A stretch of DNA of 64,000 nucleotides from Nautiliaceae bacterium (GTDB lineage Bacteria; Campylobacterota; Campylobacteria; Campylobacterales; Nautiliaceae), in NCBI GenBank assembly GCA_039831155.1, contig JBDONT010000043.1, positions 240,606-304,605 of the forward strand, given 5' to 3'. Below, one piece after another: positions 29,612-39,410 of this stretch. The position numbers and the translations under genes are program-made. Below the pieces are notes generated by a model that was not told the origin of the DNA, made no database searches, and was given only the letters and a program-made list of their open reading frames with translations. Each line of letters opens with the position of its first letter. Positions within the stretch are counted from its first letter, which is position 1.

Positions 29612-30763
29612 ATGGTAATTTTCGAACAAGACAACCTTGGAAGAACTATTCTGGAAATCGTAATAAAAAACAGTGGAAGTATATACACAAAAGAAGGAGT
29701 GGCTTATTTTTTAACACATCTTTTAAATACCAAAGGAACATTAAACAAAAAAGAAAAAATCTACTCTTTAATGGAAGAGGAGGCAATTGAGTTTCATTCA
29801 AGCGTAAATAAAGAGTTCTTAAGCGTTTCTATTAAATTTTTGAATGAAAAAGAGTTTAAAGCTAAAAAATTTTTAAAAGAACTTTTAACAAACCTAAATA
29901 TCTCCGAAGAGTCTTTTGAAAAATCAAAAAAAGAGATTTTCGCAAAAATTCAAAACAAAAAAAATGATAACGACTACATAGCAAGTAAAAACCTCTTTAA
30001 AGCGATTTTTAAAAACACTCCTCTTGAAAAACCGACAATGGGAGAAGAGATAGAAAACTTAAATTTAAACGATATAAAAGAGTTTTATAAATCAGTTTTC
30101 GAAAAAGAGATTATCATCATAAACGGAGGAAAAAAAACCGATACAAAAGAGATTGAAACCCTTTTTAAAAACACTCCTTCAAAAGAACTTTTCTTTAGCC
30201 CGAAAAAAAGCGACAATGTAAAAGAGATAAAAAACGTAGAACAAAGTTATATCCACTTTGCCTCACCTTTTAACGTAGACTATAAAACCGAACTTCATCT
30301 TGCCAAAATTGCCGCTTTTATACTCGGTGCCGGAGGTTTTGGAAGTAGAATGATGGAAGAGATTAGAGTCAAAAGAGGCTACGCATACAGTGCTTACGCT
30401 ACAAATTCATTCAAAAAAAGCTACAAAATCTTAAGTGGATACCTTCAAACAAAACTTGAAAACACAAAAGACGCATTAAGCTTGGTAAAAGAGCTTATCG
30501 ACTCTTTCCAGGAAAAAGGAATCACTCAAGAAGAGTTAACTCAAGCAAAACAATTTTTAATAGGAAGCGAACCTTTAAGAAACGAAACACTCTCTCAAAG
30601 ACTTTTAAAAAAATTTAACGAGCATTATTTAAATTTGGAAGAAAATTACTATGAAAAAGAGTTAAAATTGATTCAAAACACCACTTTAGACGAAGTAAAC
30701 GCATTTATAAAAAAACATAAAGAAATTAAAGATATAACCTTTTCTATAGTTACGAAAGAGTAA
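29612..30763 (+). CDS. M16 family peptidase-like protein (non-catalytic type)
   Basis: GGFGSRMMEEIRVKRGYAYS; no HxxEH. Confidence 0.85.
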   Translation: MVIFEQDNLGRTILEIVIKNSGSIYTKEGVAYFLTHLLNTKGTLNKKEKIYSLMEEEAIEFHSSVNKEFLSVSIKFLNEKEFKAKKFLKELLTNLNISEESFEKSKKEIFAKIQNKKNDNDYIASKNLFKAIFKNTPLEKPTMGEEIENLNLNDIKEFYKSVFEKEIIIINGGKKTDTKEIETLFKNTPSKELFFSPKKSDNVKEIKNVEQSYIHFASPFNVDYKTELHLAKIAAFILGAGGFGSRMMEEIRVKRGYAYSAYATNSFKKSYKILSGYLQTKLENTKDALSLVKELIDSFQEKGITQEELTQAKQFLIGSEPLRNETLSQRLLKKFNEHYLNLEENYYEKELKLIQNTTLDEVNAFIKKHKEIKDITFSIVTKE

Positions 30764-30764
30764 A

Positions 30765-32531
30765 ATGACAAAAGAGGATTTGGAAAAGCTAAAAAAAATA
30801 GGAGTAAAATCCCCTCTTGAACTTGCCTTAATAAAACCGAAAGAGTGGGAAGACAACTTCTTATACCCTTATATAACCTTTTCTCCTCAAGCATTTGAAG
30901 CCCAAGTATTGGAAATAAGAAAGTCAAAAGTTACAAGAGTTAAATTTTTCTTAAAAAACATCAACCAAATAATGTGGGGAGTCTTTTTTCAATTTAAAAA
31001 ATGGCACGAAGGGGTCTTTAAAGAAGGAAATACCCTCTATATAAGAGGAGAAATAAGACAAAATCAGTTAATCCAACCAAAACCCATATCAAGAATAAAC
31101 GAAATTACCCCTGTTTACAAAACACCACTTAATCAAAGGACCTTAAAATCCCTTATCAAAAAATACGTAACTTTAAATAATTTATCACAATTACCTCAAA
31201 ATATAGCAACAAGACTCTTTTTTATGCATTTTCCAAGAAACAAAGAAGACATAAACGAAAAAGAGATAACCTATGCCCTCAAATGGGCTGAAATTTACAA
31301 CCACTTAAAAAAACTATCCTTTAAAAAAAAGAGTTTTCCATCAATTCCCGTTCAATCCGACCCTAAAGAATTTATAAATGCCCTTCCTTTTAAACTTACA
31401 AACGACCAGTTAAAAGTAATAAAAGAGATTCAACAAGACATTTCAAAAAAGACTCAAGCAAGAAGAGTTATAATAGGAGATGTCGGAAGTGGAAAAACCA
31501 TAGTAATGCTTGCAACTGCATTTATGGCAAAAAAATCGATTATTATGTGCCCTACTTCTATCTTAGCAAATCAAATATATGAAGAAGCAAACAAATTCCT
31601 TAAAAAATTTAATTTTAAAATTACACTTGTTACTCAAAAAAGTAAATTCAAAAAAGAAGATATCCAAACCTCAAACCTTCTAATAGGAACCCACGCACTT
31701 TTATATCAAAACCTACCCCGAGTAAACGTCATAATGGTAGACGAGCAACACAGATTCGGAACAAATCAAAGGGCTATGCTTGAAAAATTAACATCACAAG
31801 GAAATATACTGCCTCACTATTTCCAATTCAGTGCCACTCCCATTCCAAGAACCCAGGCACTGATTATGAGCAGTTTTGTTAATGTAAGCTTAATAAAAGA
31901 ACTTCCCTTTAAAAAAGATATAAAAACTCAAATAATTTCAAAAGAGGACTTTAAAGACCTAATAAACCACATCCAAAATGAAATATCCAAAGGAAATCAA
32001 ATAGTAATCGTTTATCCTTTAGTGGAAGAGTCAAAAAACTTCAAATACCAAAGCATAGAAGAAGGAAAGGATTTTTGGCTTAAATATTTCGATAAAGTCT
32101 ACATAACCCACGGAAAAGACAAAAATAAAGAAGATATCTTAGTAGAATTTAGAGAAAAAGGAAATATCCTTATTACGACAACCGTAATTGAAGTGGGAAT
32201 CTCTCTGCCAAAACTAACTACCATCGTAATAGTGGGAGCCGAAAGACTGGGATTAGCCACACTTCATCAATTAAGAGGAAGAGTCGGCAGATACGGTCAA
32301 AAAGGGTATTGCTTCTTATACACTCACGATAAAAACAATAAAAGATTAAAAGCCTTCGCTTCAACGCTTGACGGATTTAAAATAGCAGAACTTGATTTAG
32401 AGTTTAGAAAATCGGGTGATTTGCTTGACGGGAAAGCTCAAAGTGGAGAGAGCTTTAAATATTTCGATGAAGTAAGAGACCTCCATATTTTAGAAGAGGT
32501 AAAAAGATATCTTACTTCACATACTTCTTAA
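30765..32531 (+). CDS. recG: ATP-dependent DNA helicase RecG
   Basis: GDVGSGKT, DEQHRFG, SATPIPRT, LHQLRGRVGR, DGFKIAELDL. Confidence 0.95.
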   Translation: MTKEDLEKLKKIGVKSPLELALIKPKEWEDNFLYPYITFSPQAFEAQVLEIRKSKVTRVKFFLKNINQIMWGVFFQFKKWHEGVFKEGNTLYIRGEIRQNQLIQPKPISRINEITPVYKTPLNQRTLKSLIKKYVTLNNLSQLPQNIATRLFFMHFPRNKEDINEKEITYALKWAEIYNHLKKLSFKKKSFPSIPVQSDPKEFINALPFKLTNDQLKVIKEIQQDISKKTQARRVIIGDVGSGKTIVMLATAFMAKKSIIMCPTSILANQIYEEANKFLKKFNFKITLVTQKSKFKKEDIQTSNLLIGTHALLYQNLPRVNVIMVDEQHRFGTNQRAMLEKLTSQGNILPHYFQFSATPIPRTQALIMSSFVNVSLIKELPFKKDIKTQIISKEDFKDLINHIQNEISKGNQIVIVYPLVEESKNFKYQSIEEGKDFWLKYFDKVYITHGKDKNKEDILVEFREKGNILITTTVIEVGISLPKLTTIVIVGAERLGLATLHQLRGRVGRYGQKGYCFLYTHDKNNKRLKAFASTLDGFKIAELDLEFRKSGDLLDGKAQSGESFKYFDEVRDLHILEEVKRYLTSHTS

Positions 32532-33531
32532 ATAATTTGTCAAAATCCTCATTTTTTATTAACGAAAATGTTTTTGAATCAAGTTTAAACGCTATTCCGT
32601 ATCTTAGATTATGTTTATTGTCTTTTGTTACTTCACAACGGTATTTAGGAAGTGCGGTTAAAAACTCTTTAGCTATAGTTGTAAAAGGTGCTATAACTTG
32701 TTTGGTAGTAAAATTAAAAGAATTTTCTAAATAATAAAAGGTCAAATAATCAAATTTTTTGTAATCTCCACTTTTATTTTCAAATTTCACTCTAAAATTT
32801 AATCTTTTTTTATAATTTGTATCATATTTAAAGTTAGAGACGATATTTAAATTAACTTTTTCAAATGATACGTCGTATTGAAGCAAAAAGTAAACATCCA
32901 AAAACATCTCTCTTCTTAAATATTTAGTATTATTTAAACTCCAGTAATTAAACCACTGACAACTTTTTCTCTCAATCTCAAAATATAAAGGTCCAAATTT
33001 AAAACTCCTACCATACCAGCTAAGACAAACTTTTTCACCTTTTACATTAATGTTAATATATTTAACAAATTTTTCAAGTAAAACTTTTTTTCATCTTCCG
33101 TTAACTCTCTATTTCCTATTACAATAAATTTTTGAGGAGAAGTTTTTAGAATTTTTGCTACTTTGCTTTTTATTTGAGACTCTTTTTTTAAAATAGAATT
33201 TATTTTAGTAGTTACTAAATTAACGATTTTTTCAGCTTCTTTTATTTTTTGAGGACTCACTTCGTCATAATAAGTAATATTAACTCCCATATATTTATTA
33301 AATTTCACTTTAATGCCGTCTTTTGAATATACAAACTCTCTGTAATGATTTTGAAGTACTTTACTTTTTGATAAATTTAAAACATCTTGATAAACATTTT
33401 CAGCTTCTCTTGGGTTTAAATTTTTATAATTTTCAACTTTTATTTTTTATACTCCCTCTTTACAACTTGAGGCTGACCGCAACCTATAAAATACCTCCCC
33501 CCACTATTAATAAAAACAGAAGTTTTCTCAT
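32512..33531 (-). pseudogene. Putative lipoprotein gene (~340 aa reconstructed) interrupted by three single-base homopolymer deficits
   Basis: ATG 33531 MRKLLFLLIVGGG, lipobox FIGC in the -1 frame; further shifts at A6 33443-33448 and A7 33085-33091 join ORF-track pieces 33042-33308 and 32512-32907. Confidence 0.7.
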
Positions 33532-33533
33532 TT

Positions 33534-34835
33534 TCAATTCTTTCTTAATTGATAGGTAATATCCCCTGCTCCAAAACCTATAATTAATCCGTTGTCATAA
33601 GATTTAATGATATTTTTTTGCTTATCAGTTAACATAATATTTTTACTTTGGGTTTTTACTTTTTCAGCAAAAATAGGCTCGTACTTAGAAAACAGCTTTT
33701 CGAAATCTATCTCCACCCTCTCTTCCCCGGCTTCCCATACCGGCAAAATAACAAGCTCGTCAACCCCCTCAAAACACTCCACAAAAGCATCCAGATTATC
33801 AATAGTACGCGAATATTTATGAGGCTGCCAAATTGCTATAATTTTCTCTATTCCGTTTAGCTTAGCAAAAGTCCTTACACTCTTTAGAGTAGCTTTTATT
33901 TCCGTAGGGTGATGACCGTAATCGTCAATTAAAATAAAATCATCCTCTTTTTGCAAAACATCAAAACGTTTTTTAATACCTCTATAGTTTTTAATATTTC
34001 TCTGAATTTCTTCTAAGGATATAAGCTCGTTTGCAGCTTCTATGGCAAGTAAAGCGTCTAAAACAAGATGTTCTCCAAATCCATATACTTCAAACTCAAA
34101 CCCTCTGTATTCAAAAATAGTCTTAGGCTGATTCTCTTTTATTTCGTATCTTATGTTCTTAGCATCTTTTAAAAAGACTCTTTTTATATCCAAATCCAAG
34201 TTTTTAATAAACTCGTCATCTCCGTTTGCAACTCTAATTTGAGCCTTTTTTAAAAATTCTTTATAATGGGAATAAAACAGCTTTAAGTCGTGATTATAAA
34301 ACTCCATATGTTCGGGTTCTGTGTTTGTTACGATAGAAATATAAGGGTTTGAGTCTATAAAACTTCCGTCACTCTCATCTGCTTCAAACACCAAACAATC
34401 ACTTCCCGTGTATCTCATATTTGAGCCGAAATCTTTACTTTCCGCTCCTATTATAGCGTTTGTATCCGGCAAAATAGAAGCTAAAATGGCAGAAGTGGTA
34501 CTTTTACCATGAGCCCCGCACACTGCCAATACTTTTTTATCGTTTACCACATAAGGTAAAAACTCTCTTCTGCTTAAAACCTTTATTCCTCTTTTTTTAG
34601 CTTCCACTATTTCCGGGTTATCAGGCTTAGCAACTGCCGTATGAACCACTATGTCTTGATTTGAAATATTACCGGCACTGTGAGGAATAAAAACTTTTAT
34701 ACCCTCTTTTTCTAATGCTTTAGTGATTTTTGTTTTTACAATATCACTCCCACTTACTATATGGGAGTTTTTTTTCATATATCTTGCAAGTCCACTAAGC
34801 CCAATCCCCCCTATTCCTACAAAATGTATTCTCAA
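33534..34835 (-). CDS. murC: UDP-N-acetylmuramate--L-alanine ligase
   Basis: GIGGIGLSG, GAHGKSTT, EADESDGSF, DDYGHHPTE, QPHKYSRT. Confidence 0.97.
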   Translation of the reverse strand: MRIHFVGIGGIGLSGLARYMKKNSHIVSGSDIVKTKITKALEKEGIKVFIPHSAGNISNQDIVVHTAVAKPDNPEIVEAKKRGIKVLSRREFLPYVVNDKKVLAVCGAHGKSTTSAILASILPDTNAIIGAESKDFGSNMRYTGSDCLVFEADESDGSFIDSNPYISIVTNTEPEHMEFYNHDLKLFYSHYKEFLKKAQIRVANGDDEFIKNLDLDIKRVFLKDAKNIRYEIKENQPKTIFEYRGFEFEVYGFGEHLVLDALLAIEAANELISLEEIQRNIKNYRGIKKRFDVLQKEDDFILIDDYGHHPTEIKATLKSVRTFAKLNGIEKIIAIWQPHKYSRTIDNLDAFVECFEGVDELVILPVWEAGEERVEIDFEKLFSKYEPIFAEKVKTQSKNIMLTDKQKNIIKSYDNGLIIGFGAGDITYQLRKN

Positions 34836-35293
34836 GAGCTAAACTCCTCTTTAAATTTATCTCTGTATTTTTCTACAAGTACATCTATTTTATCGTCAAA
34901 TTCGGTAAAAAACATATCTTTATAAACTTTATGCGTTTTTACATATTTTTCAAAGAATTCATCCAATCCAAGCCCTGCTAACATTCCTATTACGAACATA
35001 CTAAACATCTCTTTAAGTTTTTTATCATCAACCAAATAAACCATATCATACCCCACTGCTTTTGCTTCATCTATTGCACTCTCATCCCAAAGTTCAAGCA
35101 TATATTCAAACATAGCCCTAATTGCAGCGGCTTCCTCCGGATTATTTACATCAAGTGTTTTTTGATTTTCAATTTTTTCATTAATTAATTTAAAAGTCTC
35201 TTCCAAAATCCCTCTAAAAACTTCATTAATTTCTTCATCCCTGTTTTTATTCATCAACTCTTCTAATTTTTCATATTTTTTTACAATACTCAT
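34832..35293 (-). CDS. Hypothetical acidic helical protein
   Basis: 153-aa ORF overlapping both neighbours by 4 nt. Confidence 0.75.
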   Translation of the reverse strand: MSIVKKYEKLEELMNKNRDEEINEVFRGILEETFKLINEKIENQKTLDVNNPEEAAAIRAMFEYMLELWDESAIDEAKAVGYDMVYLVDDKKLKEMFSMFVIGMLAGLGLDEFFEKYVKTHKVYKDMFFTEFDDKIDVLVEKYRDKFKEEFSS

Positions 35294-36384
35294 AACAACT
35301 CCTTTAATATTTTTAACGCTTCTTTTGTCTGATTTTCATCATATACAAGGGCAATTCTTACATATCCGATTCCTGCCCCTCTTCTACCCATAAAGCGTCC
35401 GGGCATTACTTTAACACCTCTTTTATAAGCTTCTTTTGTAAATTCTATATCATCATCTACCTCAAGCCATATATAAAAGGTGACTTTTGGAATATCAACT
35501 CCCAAAATCTCTTTTGCAATTTCAAAGTTTTTCTTATAAGCTTTTCTAAACTCATCTACGTGAAAATCCTCACTCCACGCCTTTGCAGCAGCATACTGCA
35601 AAGGAAGAGGGGAAGCACACCCCACATACGTTCTAAACTGAAGATAATTTTTAAGTATATTTCTATCTCCTGCAATATACCCACTTCTAAGCCCGGGGGC
35701 TGAACTTCTTTTTGAAATTGAATTTATTGCAAGTATATTTTTAAACTCTTTATTCCCTACATTTATTGAAGCCTCTAAAATACTTGGAGGTTTTTCATCA
35801 AAATATAACTCACTGTAACACTCGTCACTTAAAATTACAATATCTTTTTTTAGGGCGTATTCCACCCATTCACTAAGCTCATCCAAACTCATAACACTCG
35901 CTGTAGGATTGTTTGGAGAGTTTAAAATAATAAAATCTTCATCTCCGTCAAGTTGAGATATATTGTTTTTAAAAGAATTCTTTTTTGTTAAAGGCATATA
36001 TTTTACATTACTTCCGGCTGCAATTGCCGCACCTTCATATATCTGATAAAAAGGATTTGGAAAAGCCGTTTTTTTAGGTCTTAAAAAAAGTGAAAAATTA
36101 AACAAAACTTCTCTTGTACCGAATGTCGGTAAAAGCTCATCTTTTGTTAATTCAATACCGTATCTTCTTTTTACAAAACCCCTCTGTGATTCTTTTAAAA
36201 CCTCCTCCCCGGCAGTTTTTGGATATTTGTTTAGATATTTAGAATTTTCGCATAAAGCCTCTTTTATAAAAGAAGGAGTCTCAAATTGAGGCTCTCCAAT
36301 AGTTAGAGAATAAATTTTATCGCTACTAGGTTTTATATCTTTTAAAAGTTCGTTTAGTTTTTCAAAAGGATATTTCTCAAACAT
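35290..36384 (-). CDS. dapC: Succinyldiaminopimelate transaminase
   Basis: YPFEKL, IGEP, GTREVLF, NPFYQIYEGAA, SKRSSAPGLRSG. Confidence 0.85.
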   Translation of the reverse strand: MFEKYPFEKLNELLKDIKPSSDKIYSLTIGEPQFETPSFIKEALCENSKYLNKYPKTAGEEVLKESQRGFVKRRYGIELTKDELLPTFGTREVLFNFSLFLRPKKTAFPNPFYQIYEGAAIAAGSNVKYMPLTKKNSFKNNISQLDGDEDFIILNSPNNPTASVMSLDELSEWVEYALKKDIVILSDECYSELYFDEKPPSILEASINVGNKEFKNILAINSISKRSSAPGLRSGYIAGDRNILKNYLQFRTYVGCASPLPLQYAAAKAWSEDFHVDEFRKAYKKNFEIAKEILGVDIPKVTFYIWLEVDDDIEFTKEAYKRGVKVMPGRFMGRRGAGIGYVRIALVYDENQTKEALKILKELL

Positions 36385-36385
36385 T

Positions 36386-38548
36386 TTATTCCTCTAATGC
36401 AAGTTCTATTTTGAAACCACTTTGAGATAGAACTTTTACTTTTATTTTATCTCCTACGTTAAAATCGCTAGGATTTTTTCCGTTTAACTTAGACTTGTGT
36501 AAAAGCCCCTCCACACCCGGAGCTATTTCAACAAACATTCCAAAATCAACTATTCTTTTTATTTCACCCTCAAGCACTTTTCCAACTTCAAATTCCGGAA
36601 TTTTAGGTTTATCATCTTTACATACTACGTTAAGAATATAATCTTTGGCTCCGTTTAAAGATTCGTGGTCGTCTCCGTAGATTTTAACTTTTCCGGTTTC
36701 TCTATCAAGGTCTATAGTCACTCCGAATTTTGCGATAATCTCTTTTACGGTTTTACCCGCAGTTCCTATGATATCTATAATTTTTTCCGGTTCAACTTTA
36801 AAACTTACGGCTTTTGGCAAGATATCTTCGTTATATTTTATCTCTTTTGCTGCATTTTCCATTATCTCTAAAATAAACGCCCTAGCGTCTCTTGCCTGAT
36901 AAAGAGCCTCTTTTAACACATCAAGAGAAATACCACCCAGTTTTATATCCATTTGCATTGCAGTAATTCCGTCAAACGTTCCTGCTACTTTAAAGTCCAT
37001 ATCTCCGTCGTGGTCTTCAAGTCCCATAATATCAGTTAAAATCGCATATCTATTACCTTCTGTAATAAGCCCCATCGCAATACCGGCCGCCATTTTAAGA
37101 AGAGGCACTTTTGCAGCTTTTAAAGCAAGTGAACTCGCACAAACAGTCGCCATTGAAGAACTTCCGTTACTCTCAAGTATTTCACTTACAACCCTTACCG
37201 TTTCATCAAATTCCGGGTCAAGCAAAGGTTCTATCGCTCTTTTTGCAAGGTTTCCGTGACCTAGTTCGCGTCTGCTTGGAGGTCCAAGTCTCTCGGCTTC
37301 ACCTACACTAAATGAAGGGAAGTTATAGTGAAGCATAAATTTTTCAAGTTTTTCTTCTTTATCGGTTAAGTTACCGTAAACCTGGGCATCCATATCTCCA
37401 CCACGGGTTGCAACTGCCAGTGCTTGAGTCTGACCTCTTGTAAACAGACAACTTCCGTGTGCCCTTGGAAGTAGATTCGTTTCTATAGTAATAGGTCTGA
37501 TTTCATCAAGTTTTCTCCCATCAGCCCTAACTCCCTCATCTAAAATCATACTCCTTACAATTTCTCTTTTTACCTGTTTAACGGCTTTTAAGATGTTTTC
37601 AAACTCATCTTCGTTTATACTCTTAGCTATTTTTCTAGCAAACTGTTTTAATAAATAATCTCTTTCACTTTTGCTTAAGTGTTTGATAATCTCTCTTAAT
37701 TCATCCGAATATTTTTCTTTAATTAATTTAACGTATTCGCTAATATCCGCTTCTTTTTTTTCTTCAAATTCAATAGGTTCTTTTTTAAACTCTTTAAGAG
37801 CATCTTCATAAACACTCGCACCCTCTTTTATAGCCTCTTGAACTTTTGTTAAAATTTCTATAAGTTCATCTTCTTTTATTTCGTTAATCTTATATTTAAC
37901 CAACGTATTCTCCACCGGTGCCCCGTCTAATAACACATCATCAACCGGGATAACCTCAACTTCTTCCTGTCCTTGAGCCGCAAACTCTATCATTAAAAGT
38001 TCGTCTTTGGTACCTGTAACAAAAAGATTAAAATCCCCTTCTTCAAGTTGAGAGAGTGTAGGATTTATAATAAGCTCTCCGTTAATTCTAGTAGCCCTTA
38101 CTCCATATACCATTTTAGCAAAAGGAAGTTCACTCAAATACATACACGCCGCAGCGGCATTCATAGCAGCCGTTTGCAAGTCACTGTTTTCATCGGCACT
38201 TAAAGCCATAACGGTCATTACGGTATTGTATCCGTACTCTTTAGGAAAAAGCGGTCTAAGACTTCTATCTACAATTCTTGCCGTTAACGTTTCAAAATCT
38301 CCGGGTTTTTGCTCCCTTTTTACAAATCCGGCCGGAATTTTCCCTACCGCATACGCTTTTTCCACATACTGAACTACAAAAGGAACAAAATCCTCTTCCA
38401 CAAGCTCATCCGGATTATAAGTTAAAGTAGCAAGCATTACGGTATTTCCGTCTTCAAACCACACAGAAGACGCAGCCTGTTTCGCTACTTTATTTAAAAC
38501 AAATTTTTGTTTTCGATTGTTTACGTTTACTACTACTTCACAACTCAT
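36386..38548 (-). CDS. pnp: Polyribonucleotide nucleotidyltransferase
   Basis: FTRGQTQ, RRELGHG, ESNGSSSMA, GDMDFKVAGT; KH and S1 domains. Confidence 0.97.
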   Translation of the reverse strand: MSCEVVVNVNNRKQKFVLNKVAKQAASSVWFEDGNTVMLATLTYNPDELVEEDFVPFVVQYVEKAYAVGKIPAGFVKREQKPGDFETLTARIVDRSLRPLFPKEYGYNTVMTVMALSADENSDLQTAAMNAAAACMYLSELPFAKMVYGVRATRINGELIINPTLSQLEEGDFNLFVTGTKDELLMIEFAAQGQEEVEVIPVDDVLLDGAPVENTLVKYKINEIKEDELIEILTKVQEAIKEGASVYEDALKEFKKEPIEFEEKKEADISEYVKLIKEKYSDELREIIKHLSKSERDYLLKQFARKIAKSINEDEFENILKAVKQVKREIVRSMILDEGVRADGRKLDEIRPITIETNLLPRAHGSCLFTRGQTQALAVATRGGDMDAQVYGNLTDKEEKLEKFMLHYNFPSFSVGEAERLGPPSRRELGHGNLAKRAIEPLLDPEFDETVRVVSEILESNGSSSMATVCASSLALKAAKVPLLKMAAGIAMGLITEGNRYAILTDIMGLEDHDGDMDFKVAGTFDGITAMQMDIKLGGISLDVLKEALYQARDARAFILEIMENAAKEIKYNEDILPKAVSFKVEPEKIIDIIGTAGKTVKEIIAKFGVTIDLDRETGKVKIYGDDHESLNGAKDYILNVVCKDDKPKIPEFEVGKVLEGEIKRIVDFGMFVEIAPGVEGLLHKSKLNGKNPSDFNVGDKIKVKVLSQSGFKIELALEE

Positions 38549-39147
38549 TATTTCTCCTTAAAATAAAAATCTGTATCAATGAAATCCTCTATTTCATAAA
38601 CAAAGAAGGTATTATCAACTAATTTTTCAACTACCTTAGCCGTTTCTTTCGCAATAACCGGTATAGCTAAGTTTATACTAGCGGCTTTTTTCGAAATACA
38701 GCTTTTAATAGCACATAAAAGAGTAAGACCGGTATTAGCCCCTTCGTCTACTAATAAAACATTTCTATTGTGTAATGAAATTATACTCTCTCCACCACGA
38801 AATTTATATACATTTTGCAAAATTTTTTCCTCATAAACCCTTTCAGCCTCAGAAAATATATAATCATCCGTTATCTCAAAAGATTCTACAAGTTCTTCTA
38901 TCAAAATATAATCCTTAGTCTCACTAATAGCAGCTAAAGAAGTTTCTTTATTCTCCGGAGATTTTATCTCTTCTATAAATAAAAAATCCCCTTCTAAAAA
39001 TCCGCCTCTAATTCCTATTTCCCTAGCGTAAAAGTTTCCGTTTTCACTTATACTTAATACAATAACATCCTCCATTTTAGAAAAATCTATAATATCTAAA
39101 AGTTTATTTAAAGCTTCTTCTTTATTTGCAAATTGTTTCATCATCAA
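38548..39147 (-). CDS. Phosphoribosyltransferase-family protein
   Basis: VLLVDEGANTGLT PRPP-loop-like motif. Confidence 0.75.
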   Translation of the reverse strand: MMMKQFANKEEALNKLLDIIDFSKMEDVIVLSISENGNFYAREIGIRGGFLEGDFLFIEEIKSPENKETSLAAISETKDYILIEELVESFEITDDYIFSEAERVYEEKILQNVYKFRGGESIISLHNRNVLLVDEGANTGLTLLCAIKSCISKKAASINLAIPVIAKETAKVVEKLVDNTFFVYEIEDFIDTDFYFKEK

Positions 39148-39410
39148 ACCTTAAAGTTTTTTAAAAATTCTCCCGGATACTGTCTTTTTATCTCATCTTC
39201 AGAAAAACTGAACCTGTAATTTTTAATATACTCTTTTAAAATTTCATACGCCCTGTTTATCTTTGTAATTTTATCATTTTTTTGTGAAATATCGGGATGA
39301 TATTTTTTTACCAGTTTTTTATACTTATTAGTTATTTCCTCAAATGTACTCAAAGGGGCTATTCCCAAAACTTCACAAGCCCACTTTATTTCATCTATTT
39401 TAGAAACGAT
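39144..39410 (-). CDS. Small J-domain (DnaJ-like) protein; probable ATC start at 39410
   Basis: YKKLVKKYHPD...INRAYEIL; helix I (KWACEVLG) lies upstream of the called TTG; GGAGG 6 nt before an in-frame ATC. Confidence 0.75.
   Translation of the reverse strand: MVSKIDEIKWACEVLGIAPLSTFEEITNKYKKLVKKYHPDISQKNDKITKINRAYEILKEYIKNYRFSFSEDEIKRQYPGEFLKNFKV

Noticed and set aside
33323-33559. 78-aa + strand ORF
   Set aside because: Antisense to the reconstructed lipoprotein 5' region and the murC end
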